Origin: Bacteroidota bacterium | GTDB taxonomy: Bacteria; Bacteroidota; Bacteroidia; UKL13-3 | DNA: 64,000 nucleotides | Assembly (NCBI GenBank): GCA_051715425.1 | Contig: JBPXJS010000052.1 | Location: 51,801-115,800, forward strand | Direction: 5' to 3' | Shown here: piece after piece, positions 20,160-30,100 of the stretch | How positions within the stretch are numbered: the first letter of the stretch is position 1 | How the letters are laid out: the number at the start of each line of letters is the position of its first letter | Made by a program: the position numbers and the translations under genes | The notes under the pieces: generated by a model | Told to the model about the DNA's origin: nothing | Databases searched by the model: none | The model's input: only the letters and a program-made list of their open reading frames with translations

Positions 20160-23100
20160 CTAAGGGCGGGCGTGTTTTATTATTTTAGCATACAACTCAT
20201 CTTTATCGATGGGTTTTGTAATAAAATCGTTCATGCCGGATTCAAATACCTTTAGTTTGGTATCAATAAATGCATCGGCCGTTATTGCAATAATGGGTAC
20301 TGAGGGATTAAGCACACCGCTGTTTTTTGCCCTGATGGCCGAGGTTGCACCATAACCACTCATTTCCGGCATCTGCAAATCCATCATCACCAGGTCGTAA
20401 TATTGTTCCTCCAGTTCCCTGATGGCTTCTATCCCATTCTCCACAATAATAAAAGAAGCATTCCATTTGGATAATATCTGTTTAATTACAAACTGATTCA
20501 TCTGGTTATCTTCTGCCACAAGGATATGAAATCCGGTGAGGTCTTTTTCTTTCTGTTCCAAAACTTTTTCGGTGTTTAATTCTGCTATATCAACATGCTC
20601 ATAAGGCAATTCCACAAAAAAGCTGGAGCCCTTATTCAATTCGCTTTTAAGCATAATGCTGCCTCCCTGCAACTGAACCAGGTTTTTGGTAATTGCCAAT
20701 CCAAGGCCGGTGCCTCCAAATTTTCTGGTTACATCGGTATAAGCCTGGGTAAAACTTTCGAATATGGCTTGTTGCTTGTGCACCGGAATTCCTATTCCTG
20801 TATCTGAAATAGTAATAAGCAGACGGCACAGGTGCGAATCGCTTCTTATTACCTCCACTTTGATATCAACAGAACCCTGATCGGTAAATTTAATGGCGTT
20901 GCTGATCAGGTTCAGTAAAATCTGATTTAACCGGTAAGGGTCGCCCCGCAGGGTTTCTGGCAGCGTGTTGTTAAAGGTAAGTGTGAGGCTGATTCCTTTT
21001 TCAACTGCTTTGTGATTAAACGTATTTTTTACCTCGCCCAACAAAACATGCAGGTTAAAAGGAATTCTTTCAAAACTCAGTTTACCTGAATCAATTTTTG
21101 CAAAGTCGAGAATATCATTAATAATAACCAGGAGGTTATCTGCTGAATGTTTTACTGATTTAAGAAACTGTTTTGCTTCCTTATCCATTTCTTTATCCAG
21201 CATCAGATCGGTAATGCCAATAATGGCATTCATCGGGGTTCTTATTTCATGGCTCATATTGGAGAGGAATTCCGTTTTAGCCCGTGCTGCAGCCTCGGCT
21301 TCATCTTTTGCCTTCAACAAATCGAGCTGGGCCTGTTTTCTTTCTGTAATATCACGCGTATTTACCACAATGCCTTCAATGGCAGGTTCATTTAGCAAGT
21401 TATTTCCAATGGATTCCACATTAAGCCATGAACCATCCGCTTTTAAAAAACGGTGCTCAATAAAATCTGATACTCCTCCCCTTTCCACTCCCTTTTTTAT
21501 CTCTTCGGCCACCATGGCCACATCATCGGGGTGTATATATTCGAAAATACTTTTGCCTACTATATTTTCCTCTGCACCAAAAACACGTGCAAATGATTCA
21601 CTCTGGTACTTTACCAACCCATCAGCAGACAAAACAGTAGTTACATCATAGGAATACTTCAACAGTTTTTTAAACTTATCCTCGCTTGCCACCAGGCTAT
21701 GCTGCAATTCTTTTATAGGAGTGATATCCCTCGCTATAGCCTGCATTCCTGCATACTTTCCGGACCTGTAGAGCAACTGCACGTTTTGTCCCACCCATAA
21801 TTTTTTACCTGAGGAAGAAACAATTTCGATTTCGTAGTATGTTACCGGTTTATTGGAGGTAACCTGGCGCTGATAAAAATACTTTGCCATATCCCTGTAC
21901 TCCGGATTAATTACATCGAGATAATGCATACCCAGCAACTGTTCTGAAGTGTATCCAACCAGACTGCAGCCAAAATCGTTTACATAGGTAAAATGACCAC
22001 GCTGATCTGTGGTGTAAAAAATATCTGAAGCCGACTCGATAAGTACCCTGAATCTTTCTTCGTTTTCTTTAAGCTTTTGTTCTGTGGTTTTTCTTGAGTG
22101 AATATCAACAATGGACCCCACCATTCTAACCGGATTTCCTTTGCTGTCTCTGTATGCTTTACCCGTAGATACTACCCACTTATATCCCTCCGTTTTATGT
22201 TTTATCCTATACTCCACCATAAAGGGTTTGTCCTGCTCAAAATGCAGTTTGGCCATATCCTTTACCTGGTCCAAATCGTCAGGATAAATGAGGTTGGTAA
22301 AAAGCTGGAGGGATGGTTTAACTTCTCCCGGCATATAGCCAATGAGTTCATAAAACTTATCAGACCACCATAGCCTTTCTTCCTTAATATCCAGCCAATC
22401 CCAGATACCCGCAGAAGTACCTTTAATAGCCAGTTCATAGCGCAACTCACTTTCAATCAGTTGTTGCTCGGCCTCTTTGCGTTCAGTAATATCAATAATA
22501 GTTCCCACCATACGCATGGCGGTTTTATTATGGTGATCTAACGCCTGTCCGCTTCCCATTACCCATTTATACTCTCCATTTTTGCACCTTAAACGGTATT
22601 CAATACTGTACGAAGATTTATCCCGGGTATGAATATTAATTGCTTTGGTAACGGCATCTGCATCATCCGGATGAATGAGTTTGGAAAAGCTGGAGAAAGA
22701 TGGTTCTATTTCACCAGGCAAAAAACCCAATAAATGATAATAACTCTCCGACCACCATTGGGTATCCTGATTTATATCTGCCCAATCCCAAATACCTGCA
22801 CTTGAGCCCTGCACGGCCATCTGGTATCTTTCCTCACTTTTTGCAAGGTTATCCTCCATTAATTTATGGTCGGTAATTTCCCGTACAATACCCCAAAGCA
22901 GTTCGCCTCCGTCAGCCGACTTTAAAGGCGAAAGCGTAGCGGTAAACCATTTCAGGCTATCAAGGGATGGGTATTCAAAGGTTACGGCACTGCCGGTTTC
23001 AATAACCTCCCTCATTTTTCCCTCAAAAAAACGACCGTCCTCACCAAACATTTCTGTTGGGGTTTTATGGCGGCCAATATCTATATCTGCAAAAAGCAAT

Positions 23101-23327
23101 TCTTTCCTGAAGGTATAGGCATCAAGAAATTTCAGATGGGTATCAAACTCAATAATCAGATCGGCAATAGATGATTCCAGTAAGAAGGTTGCAAGGGTAT
23201 TTCTTTCTATGGTGTATTCCGATCCGCTAAGCAATTGAATAATTTGCTCTTCTGCCTGCCTGATCTCCGGTTTTTGACGAAGGTTTTCGGGTAATTGTTG
23301 CCAAATATTTCTAAACGTAGTAAACAT
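20160..23327 (-). CDS. Cytoplasmic multi-PAS hybrid sensor histidine kinase / response regulator
   Basis: About 5 PAS domains (IHPDD, DITERK); FLSNMSHEIRTPMNA H-box; GGTGLGL; C-terminal REC (MMDLQMP). Confidence 0.93.
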   Translation of the reverse strand: MFTTFRNIWQQLPENLRQKPEIRQAEEQIIQLLSGSEYTIERNTLATFLLESSIADLIIEFDTHLKFLDAYTFRKELLFADIDIGRHKTPTEMFGEDGRFFEGKMREVIETGSAVTFEYPSLDSLKWFTATLSPLKSADGGELLWGIVREITDHKLMEDNLAKSEERYQMAVQGSSAGIWDWADINQDTQWWSESYYHLLGFLPGEIEPSFSSFSKLIHPDDADAVTKAINIHTRDKSSYSIEYRLRCKNGEYKWVMGSGQALDHHNKTAMRMVGTIIDITERKEAEQQLIESELRYELAIKGTSAGIWDWLDIKEERLWWSDKFYELIGYMPGEVKPSLQLFTNLIYPDDLDQVKDMAKLHFEQDKPFMVEYRIKHKTEGYKWVVSTGKAYRDSKGNPVRMVGSIVDIHSRKTTEQKLKENEERFRVLIESASDIFYTTDQRGHFTYVNDFGCSLVGYTSEQLLGMHYLDVINPEYRDMAKYFYQRQVTSNKPVTYYEIEIVSSSGKKLWVGQNVQLLYRSGKYAGMQAIARDITPIKELQHSLVASEDKFKKLLKYSYDVTTVLSADGLVKYQSESFARVFGAEENIVGKSIFEYIHPDDVAMVAEEIKKGVERGGVSDFIEHRFLKADGSWLNVESIGNNLLNEPAIEGIVVNTRDITERKQAQLDLLKAKDEAEAAARAKTEFLSNMSHEIRTPMNAIIGITDLMLDKEMDKEAKQFLKSVKHSADNLLVIINDILDFAKIDSGKLSFERIPFNLHVLLGEVKNTFNHKAVEKGISLTLTFNNTLPETLRGDPYRLNQILLNLISNAIKFTDQGSVDIKVEVIRSDSHLCRLLITISDTGIGIPVHKQQAIFESFTQAYTDVTRKFGGTGLGLAITKNLVQLQGGSIMLKSELNKGSSFFVELPYEHVDIAELNTEKVLEQKEKDLTGFHILVAEDNQMNQFVIKQILSKWNASFIIVENGIEAIRELEEQYYDLVMMDLQMPEMSGYGATSAIRAKNSGVLNPSVPIIAITADAFIDTKLKVFESGMNDFITKPIDKDELYAKIIKHARP

Positions 23328-23392
23328 GAAAAAGGATCACAGCTGGTATTGATTGGTAATTACGCTATTTTTGGCCACAGCCGCAACTTTTA

Positions 23393-24016
23393 ATGAAAAA
23401 ATTATACATCATCAGACACGGGGAAACCGAATACAACAGGCAGAATATTGTACAGGGAAGCGGGGTAGATACGGACCTTAACCCTTTAGGAATAAGCCAG
23501 GCTGAAGCATTCTTCAGGTATTACAACACACACCCTTTTGAGCGGGTTTTTACTTCTGCCCTTAAAAGGAGTCAGCAAAGTGTTAAACAATTTATAAACG
23601 CTGGTATACCCCATACCATACTGCCTGAGCTAAATGAGATTAGCTGGGGCGATTTTGAAGGGAAACATCAAACCCCTGAACAAAAAGCCATTTATCATGA
23701 AATGATCAACCGATGGAACAGCGGAGATCTGCATGCTAAAATTCCGAATGGCGAGAGTCCTCTGGAAATGCAAAACAGGCAAAAGGTTGCCGCTCATCAA
23801 ATTTTAAATGAAACAGCCGAAAAGGAACTATTAATTTGTATGCACGGCAGAGCCATGAAAAGTTTTTTATGCCTGTTACTAAATGAGCCGCTTACAAAAA
23901 TGGAACAGTTTCAACATACCAACCTGTGTTTGTATGAGGTTCATTACGATGGTGAATATGGCAGGCTTGTAAAGAGCAATGATATTATGCACCTTACAGA
24001 AGTAAAGCCTTATTAA
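23393..24016 (+). CDS. Histidine phosphatase (phosphoglycerate mutase family)
   Basis: RHGET, LNEISWG, GES, HG motifs. Confidence 0.9.
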   Translation: MKKLYIIRHGETEYNRQNIVQGSGVDTDLNPLGISQAEAFFRYYNTHPFERVFTSALKRSQQSVKQFINAGIPHTILPELNEISWGDFEGKHQTPEQKAIYHEMINRWNSGDLHAKIPNGESPLEMQNRQKVAAHQILNETAEKELLICMHGRAMKSFLCLLLNEPLTKMEQFQHTNLCLYEVHYDGEYGRLVKSNDIMHLTEVKPY

Positions 24017-24042
24017 TGAGTATAAAATTTAATCCCGCTTGA

Positions 24043-26169
24043 ATGAAAAAATATATTTATATCGCAACGCTGTTAAGTGTAGCAGCCTGTAGCAAAAAAA
24101 TGGAGCAAAAAAAGATTGTAGCCGGTGCTTATCCTGAAAGCCGGAAAGAAACAGTTTCTGACGACTATTTTGGAACCAAGGTTGCCGACCCTTACCGTTG
24201 GCTGGAAAATGACACCGCTGCTGACGTGGAAGCCTGGGTGGGTGCACAAAATAAAGTTACCACAGATTACCTGGCACAAATTCCTTACCGCGAAAAAATA
24301 AAAAACCGTTTAACGGATATCTGGAATTTCCCCAAATACTCTGCACCATTTAAAGAGGGCAATTATTATTACTTTTTTAAAAATGACGGACTGCAGAACC
24401 AAAGTGTGCTCTACAGACAAAAAGGATTAAAGGGAGAACCAGAAGTATTTATCGATCCGAATAAACTGAGCGCTGATGGTACCGTTTCGCTGGCCAGTTT
24501 TACTTTCAGCAAAGACCATCAATATTGCGCTGTTGGAATTGCCAGCAGCGGAAGTGACTGGAATGAGGTATTTGTAATGGAAGTAGAAAGCAAACAAAAA
24601 ACGGCTGACCTGATAAAATGGGTAAAATTCAGCGGTGCCACCTGGTATAAAAACGGCTTTTTTTACAGCCGTTACGATGAGCCTGGAAAGGGCAAGGAGT
24701 TTAGCAATCAGAATGAGTTTATGAAAATTTACTACCATGAACTTGGCAAACCGCAGCAGGATGATAAGCTGATATATGAAGATAAGGCACATCCGCTGAG
24801 ATACTTTAATGCGGGCATTACCGAAGATGAACGTTTTATGGTTATTAATATCAGTGAAGGCACATCCGGATCAGAAATACTGATAAAAGACCTGAGTAAA
24901 AATGCAAAAGCCTTTACCACCCTGTTTAAAGGATTTGAAAACAACTACAATGTAATAGATAATGTTGGCGACAAGATTTTGGCTATGACCGATAAAAATG
25001 CACCACGTTATCGCCTGGTGGAGGTTGACCCAACAAATCCGGCTCCTGAAAACTGGAAAGATATTATTCCTCAGAGTACGGATCTGCTGGAAAGTGCATC
25101 AACATGCGGAGGAAAACTGTTTGCCACATACCTGAAAGATGCCAGCAGCCGCCTGTATCAGTATGATATTAGCGGAGCCAATAAAAAAGAAATTGCGCTG
25201 CCCGGAATTGGTTCTGCCAGCGGAATAAGCGGAAAAAAAGAGGATACAGAAGCATTTTACACCTATACCTCTTTTACTAATCCTGGCGAAATTTTTCATT
25301 ACGATGTGGCCACCGGAGCAACAACATTGTTCCGTAAAACAGAGGTAAAATTTAATGCCGAAGATTTTGAAACCAAACAGGTGTTTTATACTTCAAAAGA
25401 TGGTACCAAAGTACCCATGTTTATTATGCACAAAAAAGGATTAAAACCAGATGGCAATAATCCCACCCTGTTGTATGGTTATGGTGGATTTAATATCAGC
25501 ATCACTCCTTCTTTCAGTGTTTCACGCATCATGTTCCTCGAGAATGGTGGTATCTATGCCATTGCAAGCTTACGCGGTGGGGGCGAGTACGGAGAAGACT
25601 GGCATAAGGCAGGAATGCTGGAGAAAAAACAAAATGTATTTGATGATTTTATTGCCGCTGCAGAATACCTGGTAAAAGAAAAATACACTTCACCATCTAA
25701 ACTGGCCATAAACGGAGGCAGTAATGGCGGCCTTCTGGTAGGTGCCTGCATGACCCAAAGACCTGACCTGTTTAAAGTAGCTATTCCGGCAGTAGGCGTA
25801 CTTGATATGTTGCGTTACCACAAGTTTACCATCGGATGGGGCTGGGCTGTTGAATATGGAAGCAGTGATAAAAAAGAGCAGTTTGATTATCTGATTAAAT
25901 ACTCGCCCCTGCACAATGTGAAAGAAGGCACAAATTATCCCGCAACTATGATTATGACAGCAGATCACGATGACAGGGTGGTACCTGCACACTCATTTAA
26001 ATTTGCTGCCGAATTACAAAGCAAACAGCAAAAAGATGGCAATCCGGTATTGATCAGGATAGATACCAAGGCCGGACATGGTGCAGGAAAACCCACAGCC
26101 AAACTAATAGAAGACGCGGCCGATATGTGGAGTTTTGTGTTATGGAATTTAGGAGCTGATATAAAATAA
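24043..26169 (+). CDS. Prolyl oligopeptidase (S9A), lipoprotein
   Basis: VAAC lipobox; DPYRWLE; GGSNGG, DDRV and AGHG triad motifs. Confidence 0.95.
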   Translation: MKKYIYIATLLSVAACSKKMEQKKIVAGAYPESRKETVSDDYFGTKVADPYRWLENDTAADVEAWVGAQNKVTTDYLAQIPYREKIKNRLTDIWNFPKYSAPFKEGNYYYFFKNDGLQNQSVLYRQKGLKGEPEVFIDPNKLSADGTVSLASFTFSKDHQYCAVGIASSGSDWNEVFVMEVESKQKTADLIKWVKFSGATWYKNGFFYSRYDEPGKGKEFSNQNEFMKIYYHELGKPQQDDKLIYEDKAHPLRYFNAGITEDERFMVINISEGTSGSEILIKDLSKNAKAFTTLFKGFENNYNVIDNVGDKILAMTDKNAPRYRLVEVDPTNPAPENWKDIIPQSTDLLESASTCGGKLFATYLKDASSRLYQYDISGANKKEIALPGIGSASGISGKKEDTEAFYTYTSFTNPGEIFHYDVATGATTLFRKTEVKFNAEDFETKQVFYTSKDGTKVPMFIMHKKGLKPDGNNPTLLYGYGGFNISITPSFSVSRIMFLENGGIYAIASLRGGGEYGEDWHKAGMLEKKQNVFDDFIAAAEYLVKEKYTSPSKLAINGGSNGGLLVGACMTQRPDLFKVAIPAVGVLDMLRYHKFTIGWGWAVEYGSSDKKEQFDYLIKYSPLHNVKEGTNYPATMIMTADHDDRVVPAHSFKFAAELQSKQQKDGNPVLIRIDTKAGHGAGKPTAKLIEDAADMWSFVLWNLGADIK

Positions 26170-26172
26170 AAT

Positions 26173-27048
26173 TTGGCTCCAGTTAGCCGGATAGCACCTA
26201 CACCAAGTGGTTACCTGCACACAGGTAATATCTTTAATTTTATTTATACGTGGCTATTGGTAAAAAGCCAAAACGGGCTGCTGCACCTCCGGATTGACGA
26301 CCTTGACAATCTGCGGGCTGACCAAAAATTTATTTCGGATATTTTTGATACCCTGTTTTGGCTTGGTTTAACTTGCGATAAAGGACCAATAAATATAGAA
26401 GAACAAAACACCCTGTATTCTCAACAGTTCAGAAAAAACTCATACGATACTCTTTTAAACAAACTTGCAGAAAAGGAACTGATATATGCCTGCACCTGCT
26501 CCAGAAAAGAAATAGAAGTTTCCGGAGCAGATATATATCCCGGAACATGCAGAAATAAACATATTCCATTGGACACACCGGATGTGGCTTGGCGTGTTAA
26601 AACAAATCCTCATGAATTGGTTTCCTTTACAGATCAGTTAAAAGGCCCTATTTCATTTAACCTGTATGAGCAAATGGGTGATTTTGTGGTGAGAAGAAAA
26701 GATGGTATAACCTCATACCAGATAGCTTCGCTGGCAGATGATATCACCTTTGGAATAAACCTTATAGTAAGAGGCGAGGACCTTATTCCAAGTACAGCCG
26801 CACAAATCTGGCTGGCTTCCCAGCTTGAGCTTGCGGCTTTCAAAGCATGTTCTTTTTATCACCACGGGTTGCTTACCGGCTCCAGCGGAAATAAATTATC
26901 CAAATCAGCCGGAAGCGATGCCGTGAGCCGGCTAAGGCTTTCGGGCTTATCTGTATCTGATCTGATTGCTTTGTTTTGTAAATGGAGAAAATTAGAAACA
27001 ACGGCTTCCTCCTTAAACGAACTACTTACAGGTTATAGAACCCACTGA
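26173..27048 (+). CDS. gluQ: Glutamyl-Q tRNA(Asp) synthetase-like protein (GluRS catalytic domain only)
   Basis: TTG start; RIAPTPSGYLHTGN, CTCSR, YPGTCR, VRGEDL, KLSKS; no anticodon-binding domain. Confidence 0.8.
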   Translation: MAPVSRIAPTPSGYLHTGNIFNFIYTWLLVKSQNGLLHLRIDDLDNLRADQKFISDIFDTLFWLGLTCDKGPINIEEQNTLYSQQFRKNSYDTLLNKLAEKELIYACTCSRKEIEVSGADIYPGTCRNKHIPLDTPDVAWRVKTNPHELVSFTDQLKGPISFNLYEQMGDFVVRRKDGITSYQIASLADDITFGINLIVRGEDLIPSTAAQIWLASQLELAAFKACSFYHHGLLTGSSGNKLSKSAGSDAVSRLRLSGLSVSDLIALFCKWRKLETTASSLNELLTGYRTH

Positions 27049-27113
27049 AATGGGAAAGCCCACCTGAAACTTCGGGCGGGCCTATCCAAGCCAACGAAAA
27101 CAACTGTTTACGT

Positions 27114-30100
27114 TTATTCTTTTATTATTTTAATCACCTTGGTCGTTTCGCTTGTAGTAACACTCATCAGGTAAGGTCCGCTTTTCAGCATCTCTATATG
27201 CTCCAGAGAAATAAAACTATTTCCTGCCTTAGCTAAAAAACGATTGCTCCATACTATTTTACCGGTCATATCTGTAATAGAAAACTGCACCAAACCATCA
27301 GCCGGAATAGAAAGAGCAACTGTAAGCTGCTGATTAAACGGATTGGGTTTTACAGATATTGCTGTGTTCAATAAATTATTTAACATTACTTTTATTACGG
27401 GAGAGTAAGTGAATGCTCCATCAGCATCCAACTGCTTTAACCGGTAATACAAGGTGCGGCTTTGTTTAAACGCATCCTTATCTGTGAACAGGTAATTCTC
27501 TCTGTTGTTTGAATTTCCATTTCCCTCCACAAAAGCAATCTTTTCGAAACGGATTCCATCAGCCGACCTTTCTATTACAAAGCCGGCATTATTTGTTTCC
27601 GATGCGGTTGACCAGTTTAACAACACATCTCCGTTAAACTCGCTGGCATGGAAATACATCAGGCGAACAGGAGTAGTGGTGGCGGTGCCTGTTGCTCCGG
27701 GGATAATATATTTTACGTGCATCAACTCTCCATTCATCTCATACACATCAAAAGCATAACTCACTCCAACAGATAATCCGGAAATTTTTACCTGATTGCC
27801 ATTGCCCTTGTATACAACAAAATTGCCCCCCGACATGGTGGTATCCCCTGAAGCAAAAGAGGAGGCCGCTGTATACATTTTCCAATTGGAAGGTGCTGAA
27901 GATACGGTAGAAGAAGTACGTGCCACAACCAATCTGGAGGAACCATTTCCACTGGTCCAGTTCAGGGTAAGGGTATCGTTTCCGATATTTGATGTAAAGA
28001 TTCCGGAGGCCTGAATGGTTGGTGTGCTTACCGTAAATACTTCAATATTATCAAATATCCAGCCCTCATTGCTTCCTGATGCATCAGAACCAAACCTGAA
28101 TCTGATACGCACATTGGCCTGACCGGCAGCTCCTGTTAACCTGGTTTGTGTAGTGAGCCAGCCAGCGGAAACACTGCTATAATTATCACTGCTGTTTGAA
28201 TATTTTGGCGGAAAAATTGGTCCGTTGGCCGAGTTATTATTATACCATGTATAGCTGGCAGCGGTATTAAAATTACTGCCTGTGCCTGTGCTGGCATCCA
28301 ATTTTGCCCAGGCTCCACCATTTATGGATATCTCCACTGATCCTGCATCCCAGTTATTTTCAGTAAGGAATTTATGCCTGAAGCGCAATATAGGATCATC
28401 GGTAAGAGCACTAAAGTTAAATCGGGGAGAAATAACGCCACCATCATGTAAATCATCGTAGTTGCCTGAGAGTTTGGTAACCCAAGCTTTGGTTCCACTG
28501 TATGCTGAATTAAAATGAACTTTGGCTGGGGTTCCAACCACCCAACCGTTTACTCCGCCTGTTGAGGCACTTTTCCAGCCGGTATTGGTATTCACATCAA
28601 ACGTTTGAACATAAGGAAATACGGAAACAATAGGATCGGTAATAAAACTATCCTGTGAACTGTATCCTGTACCTGCCGCGTTGGTAGCATACGAACGTAA
28701 ATAATAAGTGGTGCCTGATGAAAGTCCTTTTAAATTAAAACCGAAAGCTCCGGAAAGTACAAGCGGAGTGGTGGTTGAATCTACTGCTCCAACACCCAAG
28801 GCAGGATTAGGATTGATACCATAAACAATTCCGCTTGCAGTAATGGTGCCTCCTCCGTTTGATATGATACTTCCCGATACAGTTGCAGATGAATCAGTAA
28901 TGTGATTTACATCAACTGCCGAAATACCAAGCGTTGGAACTACCGCAAAAACATTGGTAGTAAAAGAACTGTCGGGACCATAGCTTGTGCCCACAGCATT
29001 AACCGCATATGCCCTGATATAATAAGTTGTTGCTCCGGTAAGGCCGCCTATATTCAACTGAAATGTTCCGGAACTTATAACAGGGTTGTTTGAAGAATCC
29101 ATTAAAGCTGTACCTCTGGTGGCTGCTGGAGTGGTTGAAACAATTATTCCGCTGGCTGTAATGGCGGCACCACCATTGGAGCTTATTGAACCGGAAACCG
29201 TTACGGTGTTTATGGCTATATTGGTAACAGAACCTGTTTGTACAAAAGGAGCAGTTACCTGTATCACTTCAATATCATCAATCATCCAGCCTTCATCTGC
29301 ACCTGAGGCATCAGATCCAAAACGAAACCTGAAACGGATATTGGATTGTCCGGCTGCGCCAGTTAGTACCGTCTGACTTAACAGCCAACCCGAAGTTTGC
29401 GAACTGTATGTATTGCTGTTACCGGAGAATTTTGGTGCGCCAATAGGTCCGCTGCCTACGGTATTGTTATACCATGCGGTGCTTGTGGTGGTATTAAAAT
29501 TTGACCCGGTACCCACTACCCCATCCAGTTTGGTCCAGGCTCCGCCACCAATGGATATTTCCACAATGCCTGCATCCCAACCAGCCTCTGTAATAAATTT
29601 ATGCCTGAACCGAACAACCGGATCAACAGAAATACCGGTCATATCAAATTGAGGAGACACCAGCGCAGCATGATGCGCATGATCATAGGTTCCTGATAAT
29701 TTTGTTACCCAGGCATATGGCGCACTGTAAGCTGCATTAAAGGCGGCTTTAACAGGTGTACCGCGTACCCAGTTATTGGCTCCTCCGTTAATGGCAGCAG
29801 CACTCCATCCGGATGCTGCACTGCTGTCAAAGTTTTGGAAATAAGGCAAAGCACTCACAATAATATCTGTTGTAAAACTATCCTGTGCACTGTAGGCAAT
29901 ACCCACTAAATTTATTGCGTATGCCCTGTAATAATATGTGGTGCCTTGGGAAAGACCTGCGGCCTGAATACTGAAACTACCAGATGTAACAAGCGGATTG
30001 GTGGTGGAATCAATTACCCCCGGAGCACCCAAAACAGGAAAAGGACTCTGGCTGTATACAACCCCGCTTGTAATAACCGGAGATCCTCCGTTGCCGGTAA